Of a DNA stretch of 64,000 nt, positions 9,856 to 19,300 are shown piece by piece. Position numbers and translations under genes: made by a program. A model generated the notes under the pieces. That model saw only the letters and a list, made by a program, of their open reading frames with translations, was not told the DNA's origin and did not search any database. Numbering within the stretch: the stretch's first letter is position 1; each line of letters starts with the position of its first letter. This DNA is from Nitrosopumilus sp. (GTDB taxonomy: Archaea; Thermoproteota; Nitrososphaeria; Nitrososphaerales; Nitrosopumilaceae): positions 1,728,001 to 1,792,000 of the forward strand of contig OZ242041.1 in the NCBI GenBank assembly GCA_965205215.1. The letters are read 5' to 3'.

Positions 9856-10944
9856 ATGTCACGAAAGCCAGATCCGCAAGACGGCAACGATGGACGGCAC
9901 CGGCTGCCAAGGCAGCTTGACGGGCTTGTGGAGATAAGCAAGGATCCCACCGACGACGCGCACGGCACGTACTATGGCGAGAGGAGCATAGAGCAGCTCC
10001 TCAGGTACGGCCTGATAATACTTGACAAGCCGCCCGGTCCCACGAGCCACGAGGCGGTGGCGTGGGCAAAGCGCATACTGAACATACCAAAGATAGGCCA
10101 CAGTGGGACGCTCGACCCCCAAGTATCCGGGGTGCTGCCCCTGGGGCTGGGCGAGGCCACAAAGGCCCTCGGGGTGCTGCTGCTGGGGCCAAAAGAGTAC
10201 CACGCGCTGGGCCGCATACACTCGCTTGCAAAGAGCAAGGAGATAGACAGGGTCATGGGAATGCTACGGGGCCAGATATACCAAAAGCCCCCGCAGCGCT
10301 CGGCCGTGCTCCGCCAGACAAGGACCCGCACAATATACGAGTTTGAGCTGCTAGAGCAGAGGGAGCGGCTGCTCTTGACCCGCATACTGTGCGAGGCGGG
10401 CACCTACATCAGAAAGCTGTACTATGACATGGGCGAGATACTCGGCCCTGGCGCCACGATGATCGAGCTGCGGCGCACGAGGGTCAACCAGTTCCACGAG
10501 GCGGACGGCCTTGTCACGATGCACGAGCTTGCAGACGCGTATGCCAGATGGACAGAGGAAGGCGACGGCGCCATGCTGCACTCCATGATCAGGCCCGTCG
10601 AGGACGCCCTCAGCGAGATAAAGTCAGTTGTCATAGGAGACGCGGCGGTGGATGCAATGTGCCACGGGGCCCAGCTTGCCATACCGGGCATACTAAAGGT
10701 ACATCCGAACCTCAGAAAGGGCGAGATTGCCGCCATCTACACGCAGAAGGGCGAGGCAGTGGCCTTGGCCGAAGCCGGCATGTCGGCCGACGAGATTTCA
10801 GAGGCCGCAAAGGGCCATGCGTTTGAGACCAAGAGGATAATCATGGCACCGGGCACGTATCCGAAAAGGTGGAGGACAAGGCCCAAGCGGGATGGTGACG
10901 GAGACGCCGCGACAGGGGACGCCGCGCGACAGCATGCGGGGTGA
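9856..10944 (+). CDS. cbf5: H/ACA RNA-guided pseudouridine synthase Cbf5
   Basis: LDKPPGPTSH, GHSGTLDP, GTYIR and a C-terminal PUA domain; TTATAAAA about 30 nt upstream. Confidence 0.96.
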   Translation: MSRKPDPQDGNDGRHRLPRQLDGLVEISKDPTDDAHGTYYGERSIEQLLRYGLIILDKPPGPTSHEAVAWAKRILNIPKIGHSGTLDPQVSGVLPLGLGEATKALGVLLLGPKEYHALGRIHSLAKSKEIDRVMGMLRGQIYQKPPQRSAVLRQTRTRTIYEFELLEQRERLLLTRILCEAGTYIRKLYYDMGEILGPGATMIELRRTRVNQFHEADGLVTMHELADAYARWTEEGDGAMLHSMIRPVEDALSEIKSVVIGDAAVDAMCHGAQLAIPGILKVHPNLRKGEIAAIYTQKGEAVALAEAGMSADEISEAAKGHAFETKRIIMAPGTYPKRWRTRPKRDGDGDAATGDAARQHAG

Positions 10945-10975
10945 TAAGATGCAGCGGAGGAAGTGGGGCTGACGC

Positions 10976-11617
10976 ATGACGGCGACAAAGAGCCTGCTCG
11001 GGTTTGTTGCGATAGGCGTCATATCGGGGCTCGTGTTCGGGGCATACCTGCTTGACGTGAGGAACGGTCATCTCGGCCCGGTGCCATCCGCGGTAGAAGG
11101 CCCCTCCATATCAATAGCCCCCGCAAAATCAATATTCGAGCCGGGCGAGACGGTGACGTTCAGCATAGTGAATACCGGAACCGTCCCGCTGCACTCAGAA
11201 GACGGCGCGTATGGCGCGACCATCACGGGCCTGTCCGGAATTACAATATACGCGCTTACGGCGCAGGATGCCGCGCCCGGCCCAATTCCTGCGGACGCGG
11301 CCGGCGCGATTCCGGGGTCAGAGGGCGCACCCTTCCGCGGCATTGCAGGCACACTGATGCCGGGCCAAAAGATAGTCATGTCGTGGGACCAGACAAGGCA
11401 GGATGGGGAGACGGCCCAGCCCGGCCTCTACAAGGTGAACGCGTACGCGTATGCGTCAAACGCAGGCCGGACCGACTCAGGGGCCCCTGGCGCTCCGGGA
11501 CATGATACGGATCAAGATGCGGATTACGTGCGGGGCGAGGTGGCTACGGGGGACGACGTGCGGCAGCCGGCAGACGTAGCGCCCGTAAAGGATCACGCCA
11601 CAATTACCATCCGGTGA
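10976..11617 (+). CDS. Membrane-anchored hypothetical protein with a beta-sandwich-like domain
   Basis: N-terminal TM, then FSIVNTG...WDQT...PGLY pattern; codon usage matches neighbours. Confidence 0.7.
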   Translation: MTATKSLLGFVAIGVISGLVFGAYLLDVRNGHLGPVPSAVEGPSISIAPAKSIFEPGETVTFSIVNTGTVPLHSEDGAYGATITGLSGITIYALTAQDAAPGPIPADAAGAIPGSEGAPFRGIAGTLMPGQKIVMSWDQTRQDGETAQPGLYKVNAYAYASNAGRTDSGAPGAPGHDTDQDADYVRGEVATGDDVRQPADVAPVKDHATITIR

Positions 11618-11703
11618 CAGTCAGCCGGCCTTGCGCATGCGACACGGGCTCAGACGGCGCCGTCCGTAGACATATAATCAGACAAGACTCGAGGTGACGT
11701 AGT

Positions 11704-11804
11704 GCCGGGGTCGCCTAGCCTGGTAGGGCGCGCGCCTGGAAATCAACCACCATAAAGCGCGTTCTCGCAAGGGATCGGGAGTTCAAATCTCCCTCCCGGC
11801 GCCA
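11704..11804 (+). tRNA. tRNA-Ser(GGA) with 14-nt intron at 37/38 (11742-11755); CCA encoded
   Basis: GCCGGGG/TCCCGGC acceptor stem, CGCGC/GCGCG anticodon stem, long variable arm, TTCAAAT T-loop; TATA-like CATATAAT at 11671. Confidence 0.92.
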
Positions 11805-11926
11805 TTATAGCCACCATATGATCATTCTACGACAGTAGTCACGGCCGCTCCCGCGCCGCAGGCATGCCGCCATGCCGCAGCAAGCCGGCCCCGGGGGGAG
11901 CCAGACAGGGCGGCCGCCGTTGCCAG

Positions 11927-13318
11927 TCAGCCGTCACGGCCGTCGCAGAGCTTTTCGGCAACATCTTCAAACTTCCAAGGACCGCATTGCACGCGCCGGT
12001 CCGGCACGCCAACCACCCCTGCGCGCTGCAGCCTCTCCACGATATGGACCGAAAAAGGCAGGACGCCAGTCGCGCCGGGTGAGTTGTAGTTCAGTATGTG
12101 GAACGACTGCTCCGACTTGTCGCTTATCATAATGACGTCCGGGACGAACCGCCCGTCCGAACCTATTACGGACGATCTGATGCCGGCCACCCCCTTCTTC
12201 GTAAACTTTCCAGGATCTATGCGCGGCAGAAACTTTTTGACCCTGCGTATCATGGCGGGTTTTGAGAGGGAGGAGTGCATCTCGTTGAGCACGAGGCTCT
12301 GGAGCCTTCGGTCAAGCGCGGCCTTGGCCGCGCCGGAACCGAGCAGTTCAAGCGTCTTTGGCAGAAACGTCCTGATGTTCTCGGCGCGGTCGTACCCATA
12401 AGGGCTGAAAACCGGCACCGCGTTAGGGCCGACCTCGCAGCTCCCGTCGACCCTGACTATCCAGTGGGGATCCAGGAACGGATAGTCGGGAAATTCCGGA
12501 ACAGAGTATATGCTGGTACGGGTCAGGTCGGAGTATTCGGGCGGGGCTCTCCAGTACTCGCCCCTAAAGTGAACGTCAGTCAGGTTCTCGGCAAGCCCGG
12601 TTCTGTGCGCGACGTCGACGGATTCCCCGCCGGCAGCGTTTATCAGAAACCTGCACCGTATCTCACGACTCTGTGAAGTGGTGGTGGGGGTGCCCGCGCC
12701 GCGCAGGCCGCCTCGATCCGCGTCGGCGACAAGTACGCTCCAGCCGTCGCGGATCCTGTCGATGCGAACCGCGCGTGCGCCCAAAAGAAACGCGGTGCCG
12801 TATGACGCGCTGTCCTCCATGAGCGAACCCGTGAGGACTGCATAGTCTACCGAGCCCTCGCGTCGCACCACGAGCGCCGCCTTGCATCTGACCTCCGGCT
12901 CCACCTTCCTGAGGTCGCCGCCGGACACCATACGTATGTCCGAGCCCTCGCGCAGTCCGTTTTCAACCCCCCAGCGCATGTACTTTTCAAGCATTGCAAT
13001 ATCCTTCTCATCCGAGGCCACCTCCACCACGCCGCCCTTCTTGAAGGGCAGCTCCTTCATCTTGGAGTACTCCTCCCACATCTCGTACCCATGGAATGCG
13101 GCCTTTGCAAAAAGCCTCTTTTTACGCGGGTCGTACAGGTAGGGGGCATGCACCTCGCCGGTGTTCCTGCCGCTGGTGTGAAACGCCACGCGGGGGGCCT
13201 GCTCGATCACAGCCACGCGGCCGGCAGTGCCCAGGGCCGACAGAAAGTACGACAGCGAGGTGCCCAGAATCCCCCCTCCTATTATGGCGATATCAAACGT
13301 CTCCGACATTGCAGTCAT
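11927..13318 (-). CDS. FAD-dependent oxidoreductase, L-2-hydroxyglutarate oxidase family (start reassigned)
   Basis: DIAIIGGGILG, HTSGRNTG, FRGEY, GPNA and SPGATG motifs. Confidence 0.88.
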   Translation of the reverse strand: MTAMSETFDIAIIGGGILGTSLSYFLSALGTAGRVAVIEQAPRVAFHTSGRNTGEVHAPYLYDPRKKRLFAKAAFHGYEMWEEYSKMKELPFKKGGVVEVASDEKDIAMLEKYMRWGVENGLREGSDIRMVSGGDLRKVEPEVRCKAALVVRREGSVDYAVLTGSLMEDSASYGTAFLLGARAVRIDRIRDGWSVLVADADRGGLRGAGTPTTTSQSREIRCRFLINAAGGESVDVAHRTGLAENLTDVHFRGEYWRAPPEYSDLTRTSIYSVPEFPDYPFLDPHWIVRVDGSCEVGPNAVPVFSPYGYDRAENIRTFLPKTLELLGSGAAKAALDRRLQSLVLNEMHSSLSKPAMIRRVKKFLPRIDPGKFTKKGVAGIRSSVIGSDGRFVPDVIMISDKSEQSFHILNYNSPGATGVLPFSVHIVERLQRAGVVGVPDRRVQCGPWKFEDVAEKLCDGRDG

Positions 13319-13633
13319 CATGGCATGCCCCATGCATGGTAAAAAGCGCGACGTTCCGCCATTTGTGCTGCAGCGGCAAGGCTTGCGGCTCGCGGAGCGC
13401 GCCGGCCCGGAGGGCGGCGTCATCCAGACTGGGCGAGTTCGCGCGCGGCCAGGACGGGGCTCGGATTTTGTGCAAAATGAGACCACCACGCAGGGGCCCG
13501 CGCCCCAAACTGTAGGGATTCTAGCCTCCGGTATGAAATCTGAAAATAAAGTCCGGCGGGCACGAACTTTCAAGGAACATGTCCGTACCCCGATACCGCC
13601 AAGGTTAATATCCGACTCAAGCCCGCACGCGTC

Positions 13634-13954
13634 ATGCTTCCCAACAGGTGCTCCATAAAACAGGATGGGAGACAGTGCCCAAACCCGCCAGAGTTCATCA
13701 TTTCCATAACAAGTGACGACGGGGGGGAGTACATGCTGGGGGTAACATGCAGCAGGCACAAGCAGGACGTGCGGGGGGAGGTCCAGAGGCTTCAGGACGG
13801 CGGCAAGGTTGCCCGCGGCACGATCGGGTTTGCATCCGTAAAGTCCGTAGGCACCGACTGCATACGGGCCGACCCAGACGAGCTTGTGCAGATAGGCGGG
13901 CAGGGAGCAGCGGGCACGCGCCAGACGGGCAGCGGTGACGCGCACTGCGACTGA
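13634..13954 (+). CDS. Hypothetical protein, putative zinc finger
   Basis: C-x8-C ... C-x2-H spacing; GTTAATAT about 30 nt upstream. Confidence 0.7.
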   Translation: MLPNRCSIKQDGRQCPNPPEFIISITSDDGGEYMLGVTCSRHKQDVRGEVQRLQDGGKVARGTIGFASVKSVGTDCIRADPDELVQIGGQGAAGTRQTGSGDAHCD

Positions 13955-13997
13955 GCTGCAGGAAACAGAGATATTTGCACGTTTGCCATACAGCAAC

Positions 13998-14417
13998 ATG
14001 GCCAGACTTTACAACCTGCTGGCAGACATTGCCAAGGTCGACGAGGTGCTACTCATAGTCAAGAGCGGCGGGGCGACTGCAGAGATAAAGAGCAACGCGC
14101 TCAAAATCAGGCAGCAGTCCGAGACGGGCGTCGGAGGGTGGATAACGCTGGGCAGCAACGACGATCCGGCCCACCTACACGTCAACCCCGAGCACGTATC
14201 GCGCGCAGAGTTCGTGCGGGAGCAGAAGCCCGAGCGGATCAGCTTCAGTGTAAGATTCTACGACGAGTCAGGCGAGCGTGTGCTTGCCGCGTTCTTTACA
14301 AGGATGTACGACGAGTCCGGATGCGTGATCCCGTGGAGGGAGAGGATATACGAGCAGCTGCGCCAGAAATACGACTCCCAGATAACGTTTGAAAAAACTG
14401 CAGCCCCGCCACACTAG
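13998..14417 (+). CDS. HutX/ChuX/HemS-fold heme-utilisation-like protein (GTG 13935 is an alternative start)
   Basis: VLLIVKSGGATAEI, HLHVN, SFSVRFYDESGERVLAAF resemble ChuX/HutX family motifs. Confidence 0.7.
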   Translation: MARLYNLLADIAKVDEVLLIVKSGGATAEIKSNALKIRQQSETGVGGWITLGSNDDPAHLHVNPEHVSRAEFVREQKPERISFSVRFYDESGERVLAAFFTRMYDESGCVIPWRERIYEQLRQKYDSQITFEKTAAPPH

Positions 14418-14433
14418 GCGGGGCGGCAGTAGG

Positions 14434-14709
14434 TCAATATCTACCGTTGCTGCTTCCAGCGGTTCTGCGGCGGCCTCTGCGATTACGGCCGCCGCCGCTG
14501 CCTCCGCCGTACCGCCTAGTTCGGCCTGCGCCCGCACCGCTGTGACGCACGGTGGGATCGTCGCGGCCGGTTTTTCGCCCAAACCGGCGGCCCTCCGACC
14601 CGGCATTGTCACTCCTCGTACCATCTTCCTCTTGGCCCCTGTCCCTGGCCTTTTCTGTCTGGATCCTGGCCAGTTCGAGATCTGCATTTGTGTGTTTGAA
14701 TTTTTTCAT
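14434..14709 (-). CDS. Small basic hypothetical protein with a G/R-rich tail
   Basis: TTTTATAC TATA box about 23-30 nt upstream of the ATG on the minus strand; fills the intergenic gap. Confidence 0.55.
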   Translation of the reverse strand: MKKFKHTNADLELARIQTEKARDRGQEEDGTRSDNAGSEGRRFGRKTGRDDPTVRHSGAGAGRTRRYGGGSGGGRNRRGRRRTAGSSNGRY

Positions 14710-14870
14710 TCAGTATTTAGAATGCGCGTTGGTATAAAAATCAGCACACGGTGGCGCGATCAGGCATCCGGCGGCTCGATCGTGCGCGCGCGGCCGCGCC
14801 GGCGCACCAGCGCGTCTGGCAGGATGGGCACACATACGGGTGCAGGGTACCGCCACTGCCGCCGGTGCCA

Positions 14871-15884
14871 TCACCGGCATACAGAGTGAACGGGCCTCTG
14901 CCCCCGCAGCCCGAGATCAAGGTTGCGCAGGGTCAGGTCGGCCATCTCAGATCGCGTCTCCGCGGTGGAGCTTCCAATGTGCGGGGCCAGCACCACGTTT
15001 GGCAGGCGTACGAGGGGGTTTGAGCGCCCCACGGGCTCCGACTCGAACACGTCAAGTCCCGCCCCCGCGATCACGCTGGTCCGGAGCGCATGGACCAGAT
15101 CCGGTTCGCAGACCACCTTGCCCCGTGACGTGTTTATCAGATACGCGGTCCGCTTCATGCGGGCAAACACGTCAGAATCGAACAGGTGGTGCGTGGCGTC
15201 GCTGTACGGCACGTGCACGGAGATGACGTCGCTGCCGGACAGAAGCCTACCAAAGCCCACGTATCTTGCATTCAGTATGCGCTCCATGCGGGCGGGCAGC
15301 CGGTGGCGGTTGTGATACGTAATATTCATGCCAAATGCGGCGGCCCTGTGCGCGACCGCCTCCCCGATGCGCCCCAGTCCGAGGATGCCAAGCGTCTTGC
15401 CGCGCAAATCCACCCCCACATATTCAGTCGCGCCAAACACGCCCTTCCATCCGCCGCCCCGTATCAGCCTGTCGCCTTCAGAGACCCTCCTCATCAGGTC
15501 AAGCATGAGCGTCACTGAGATGTCCGCGGTGGCCTCTGTCAGTACCTCTGGCGTGTATCCGACCACGATGTCGCGCTCCCTTGCGTGCTCGACGTCGATA
15601 TGGTCAAACCCCACACTGTACGTGCTGATCACCCTCAGGCGGGGGGCGGCATCCAAGGCGGCCGCGTCAACAGAGTCAAACGGGAAGCATATCAGTCCCT
15701 CCGCATCCCGCAGCCCGGACAGGAGCCCCCTGCGGGATATGGGCAGGCGGCCCTCGTGTACGGCCACGTCATATGCGCGGCGCAGTCTTCTCATGGCACG
15801 GTCTGGAAGCGGCCCGGTCATGAATACGCGCGGCCTTCCCTCCCTCTTTCCCCCGGGCTTGGCTCTTTTTTCCTTGGGTTTCAT
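14871..15884 (-). CDS. D-2-hydroxyacid dehydrogenase (glyoxylate/hydroxypyruvate reductase type)
   Basis: GILGLGRIG, INTSRG, LDVFESEP and PHIGS motifs. Confidence 0.92.
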   Translation of the reverse strand: MKPKEKRAKPGGKREGRPRVFMTGPLPDRAMRRLRRAYDVAVHEGRLPISRRGLLSGLRDAEGLICFPFDSVDAAALDAAPRLRVISTYSVGFDHIDVEHARERDIVVGYTPEVLTEATADISVTLMLDLMRRVSEGDRLIRGGGWKGVFGATEYVGVDLRGKTLGILGLGRIGEAVAHRAAAFGMNITYHNRHRLPARMERILNARYVGFGRLLSGSDVISVHVPYSDATHHLFDSDVFARMKRTAYLINTSRGKVVCEPDLVHALRTSVIAGAGLDVFESEPVGRSNPLVRLPNVVLAPHIGSSTAETRSEMADLTLRNLDLGLRGQRPVHSVCR

Positions 15885-15935
15885 ATAGTCTGGGATGTGG
15901 CCAAACCATTTATAGAATTACATCATACCAGAGTC

Positions 15936-16145
15936 ATGTATGCAGAACGCGATCAGGACGCGGGCAAGGGCAGCGGCCACGACAAGTCCGAGGCGACCAC
16001 GGCAAAGGCATCCTGCGACGAGGCCGATTTTGACATGTGTATCACATGTGACGAGACGCTGGACGTGTGCGTCTGCGTCTGCAAATTCTGCAAGGAACGC
16101 GACGGGTGCGAATGCGCCCTGTTTGATGCCGCGACCGGAGGGTGA
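15936..16145 (+). CDS. Small Cys-rich protein (69 aa) ending in Gly-Gly
   Basis: ATG 15936 with TTTATAGA about 27 nt upstream; CxxC-x6-CxCxCxxC-x5-CxC. Confidence 0.7.
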   Translation: MYAERDQDAGKGSGHDKSEATTAKASCDEADFDMCITCDETLDVCVCVCKFCKERDGCECALFDAATGG

Positions 16146-16221
16146 CAGGCATAACACGCACATCAGAGGCGGCGGCTCATGGCGCGCCAGAATGCAACAA
16201 TGACAGGTGACTACAACGGGC

Positions 16222-18315
16222 ATGGAGACGGATCTTACGTGGATGATGGGCGGCCCGCAGGGAAGCGGGGTCGAGTCGGGCGCAAACATATTCTCGCAGG
16301 TGTGCGCGGAGGCCGGCTACCACATATTTGGAAAGCGCGAGTTCTACTCCAACATAAAGGGGGAGCACAGCTACTTTGCAGTAAGGGTCACCGACGGCGT
16401 CACGCATTCGAGCACGAGCGGGGCGGACCTGCTGGTGGCATTCGACGCCGAGACCATATTCAGACACTACGACGACGTGCATGCAGGCGGCGGCATAATA
16501 TACAACTCAGAGGTGGAGCAGGTCGACACGGAGCGCGTCCATACGCTCGACGGCCCGTTTGTAGAGAGACTGCACAGGCGGCTTGACGAGAGCGGCGCAG
16601 AGCGCACCGTCGCGGGGGCCCTGCGGTGCGCCCGCAGCGAGGGTGTCACCCTGTATCCCGTGCCGTTCAAGGAGATACTCGCAAGGCTTGCAGAGAGGAC
16701 GGGCAACCCGAAGCTGGGGGGGTTTATCAGGCTGTACAATACCATCGCAGTGACCCTCTCGCTCAGGCTGCTGGGAATGCCGGCCGCGCCGCTGAAGAAC
16801 TCTGTCTCAAAAATATTCGCAAAAAAGCCGGCGATGTCGGACATTAACATACAGGCCGCCACGCTGGCATACGACGCGCTCGACACATACGCGGATGCCG
16901 CAAGCATCCAGGCGGCCCGCCGGCTGGGAGAACCGGGGCAGAGGGAACCCCACACCATACTGGTCCAGGGATACCAGGGGACGGCGCTCGGCAAGATGGC
17001 CGCCGGCTGCAGGTTCCAGGCATACTACCCAATCACCCCCGCGTCAGACGAGTCCGTATACATGGAGACGCACGAGATCATCGACGTGATGGACGACAGG
17101 CCCGGCAGCACCGCAGTGATACAGACCGAGGACGAGATATGCGCAATAGGCATGACCATAGGGAGCGTCCTGACGGGCACGCGCTCGTCCACCTGCACGT
17201 CGGGACCCGGGTTCTCTCTCATGACCGAGGCGCTCGGATGGGCCGGGATAAACGAGGTGCCCCTAGTGATAACGGACTACCAGCGAAGCGGTCCCGCGAC
17301 AGGACTGCCCACGAGGCACGGGCAGGACGACCTGCTTTCTGTGATATTTGCCAGCCACGGGGAGTTTCCAAGGATAGTCTACGCGTCCGGGAGCGTAGAG
17401 GAGAGCTTTTACGACACGGGCAGGTGCTTTAACTATGCCGAAGAGTTCCAGGTGCCCCTGATACACATGATGGACAAGTTCCTTGCAAACACGGTCCAGA
17501 CATGCAGGAGGTTTGACCCGCAGAAGGTGGAGATACGGCGCGGCAGGCTGCTCGGAGAGGCGGCGGCGTCGGGCGGAACGGCAGGCGAGGCGGCAGGGCC
17601 AGTGGGCAGCGGACATGACGGAGGCGGAGGAGAGGGAGAGGCCGCACCCGCGTACCACAGGTTTGCATTCACAGAAGACGGCATATCCCCCCGCTCCAAG
17701 CTCGGCATGGACGACTTCATATTCTGGAATACGGGTGACGAATCCGACGAGACCGGGCACATTACAGAGGATCCCATACTGCGCACCAGAATGATGGAAA
17801 AGCGCATGTCGAGGCTGGATCTCATACTGGACAGGATGCCGGCAGAAGAGCAGGCTCTGGAGGTGATAAGCGAGCAGGCGCATGGCCACGGCGGCGACGC
17901 CGGCGGCGGGGGCGGGGGCGAGGGTGACGACCGAGACGTAGGCGCCCGTCCCATCACGGTCATAACATGGGGCTCGGCCACGGGACCTGCGCGCGACGCA
18001 GTCGAGATGCTCAGACGGCAGGACGGCATACGTGCAAGGCTCATACAGGTAAAGCTGCTCCACCCGTTTCCAACCGGGCGCGTGGCAGAACTGCTGCAAT
18101 CCGACGGCCGCGAAGGCCGCATCGTGGTAGACATCGAGTCCAACTATTCGGGCCAGCTCGGTACGCTCCTTGCGCAGAACATGGGGCTCCGCGTTGACCA
18201 CTACATACTAAAATACACGGGCAGGGGCATGACGTGCACGGAGATATACGACACGTTGAAGAAGATAGCGGACGGGACGGCAGAGAAGAGGGAGGTACTG
18301 ATGTATGGCGCTTAG
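16222..18315 (+). CDS. korA: 2-oxoacid:ferredoxin oxidoreductase alpha(gamma) subunit
   Basis: GGPQGSG, YYPITPAS, QTEDE, TSGPG and QRSGPATG motifs. Confidence 0.93.
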   Translation: METDLTWMMGGPQGSGVESGANIFSQVCAEAGYHIFGKREFYSNIKGEHSYFAVRVTDGVTHSSTSGADLLVAFDAETIFRHYDDVHAGGGIIYNSEVEQVDTERVHTLDGPFVERLHRRLDESGAERTVAGALRCARSEGVTLYPVPFKEILARLAERTGNPKLGGFIRLYNTIAVTLSLRLLGMPAAPLKNSVSKIFAKKPAMSDINIQAATLAYDALDTYADAASIQAARRLGEPGQREPHTILVQGYQGTALGKMAAGCRFQAYYPITPASDESVYMETHEIIDVMDDRPGSTAVIQTEDEICAIGMTIGSVLTGTRSSTCTSGPGFSLMTEALGWAGINEVPLVITDYQRSGPATGLPTRHGQDDLLSVIFASHGEFPRIVYASGSVEESFYDTGRCFNYAEEFQVPLIHMMDKFLANTVQTCRRFDPQKVEIRRGRLLGEAAASGGTAGEAAGPVGSGHDGGGGEGEAAPAYHRFAFTEDGISPRSKLGMDDFIFWNTGDESDETGHITEDPILRTRMMEKRMSRLDLILDRMPAEEQALEVISEQAHGHGGDAGGGGGGEGDDRDVGARPITVITWGSATGPARDAVEMLRRQDGIRARLIQVKLLHPFPTGRVAELLQSDGREGRIVVDIESNYSGQLGTLLAQNMGLRVDHYILKYTGRGMTCTEIYDTLKKIADGTAEKREVLMYGA

Positions 18316-19270
18316 GCTTGCAGACTACAAGACGGACGTCCACAATGACTGGTGCCCCGGCTGCGGCGACTTTGGAATAGTAAACGCCATACAGATGACG
18401 CTTGCCGAGATGGGTGTGCGCCGCGACAAGGCGGCCATATTCTCCGGCATAGGGTGCTCCGGCAAGACGTCCCACTATATCAACACGTACGGCGTGCACA
18501 CCCTGCACGGGAGGGTGCTGACGTTCGCGCAGGGCGCAAAACTTGCAAATCCGGATATGACCATACTGGCCGTGGGCGGCGACGGCGACGGGCTTGGCAT
18601 AGGGGCGGGACACTTCGTGGCGGCAGGGAGGCGCAACATAGACATGACGTACGTGGTATTCGACAACGGCGTGTACGGCCTGACAAAGGGACAGGCGTCC
18701 CCCACGCTCAAACTGGGCGAGAAGACAAAGTCCCTGCCGTCGCCAAACACCAACCACAGCGTCAACCCGATAGGGCTGGCAGTCGCAAGCGGGTTTACCT
18801 TTGTCGCAAGGGGGTACTCGTACGACGTCAGGCACCTCAAGTATCTGCTCACGCAGGCGATTCGGCACAGGGGGCTGTCGTTCCTCGACGTGCTTCAGCC
18901 ATGCCCTACATACAACGACATCAACACGCGTGACTGGTACGCGGGCAAGGATCTGATGAAGGAGTCACTGGAGAGGCACGACAGGATATACAGGCTGGAG
19001 GATACAAAGTATGATCCGACCGTAAACTACGATGACCCGGACGAGAACAACAGGCACCTCTCCCAGGCCCTCACAAAGTCACTTGAGTGGGGGGAGAGGA
19101 TCCCGACAGGCGTGTTCTACAGCAACGAGTTGACGGGGCCGTACAGTGACAGAATAAGGGACAAGATTCCAAACTATACGGAGAACCCTCCCGCAAGACA
19201 GTCCATAGCAAGGGCAGACGGCACCTCAAACACAGACCTCGGGGCGATACTCGACTCGCTAGAGGTCTGA
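18305..19270 (+). CDS. korB: 2-oxoacid:ferredoxin oxidoreductase beta subunit
   Basis: WCPGCG, GIGCS, GDGD...DNGVYGLTKGQ TPP-binding motif. Confidence 0.94.
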   Translation: MALRLADYKTDVHNDWCPGCGDFGIVNAIQMTLAEMGVRRDKAAIFSGIGCSGKTSHYINTYGVHTLHGRVLTFAQGAKLANPDMTILAVGGDGDGLGIGAGHFVAAGRRNIDMTYVVFDNGVYGLTKGQASPTLKLGEKTKSLPSPNTNHSVNPIGLAVASGFTFVARGYSYDVRHLKYLLTQAIRHRGLSFLDVLQPCPTYNDINTRDWYAGKDLMKESLERHDRIYRLEDTKYDPTVNYDDPDENNRHLSQALTKSLEWGERIPTGVFYSNELTGPYSDRIRDKIPNYTENPPARQSIARADGTSNTDLGAILDSLEV

Positions 19271-19300
19271 TGCGGTACGCGCAGGCGCGGCCCTCCGCGG

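Noticed and set aside
13400-13420. SRP RNA helix-8-like GGCCCGGAGGG
   Set aside because: Lacks the GGAA loop with GAGCA context and the rest of the SRP fold.
13319-13999. 230-aa N-terminal extension of the FAD oxidoreductase in the ORF track
   Set aside because: Overlaps a plus-strand gene; the Rossmann motif begins right after MSETF.
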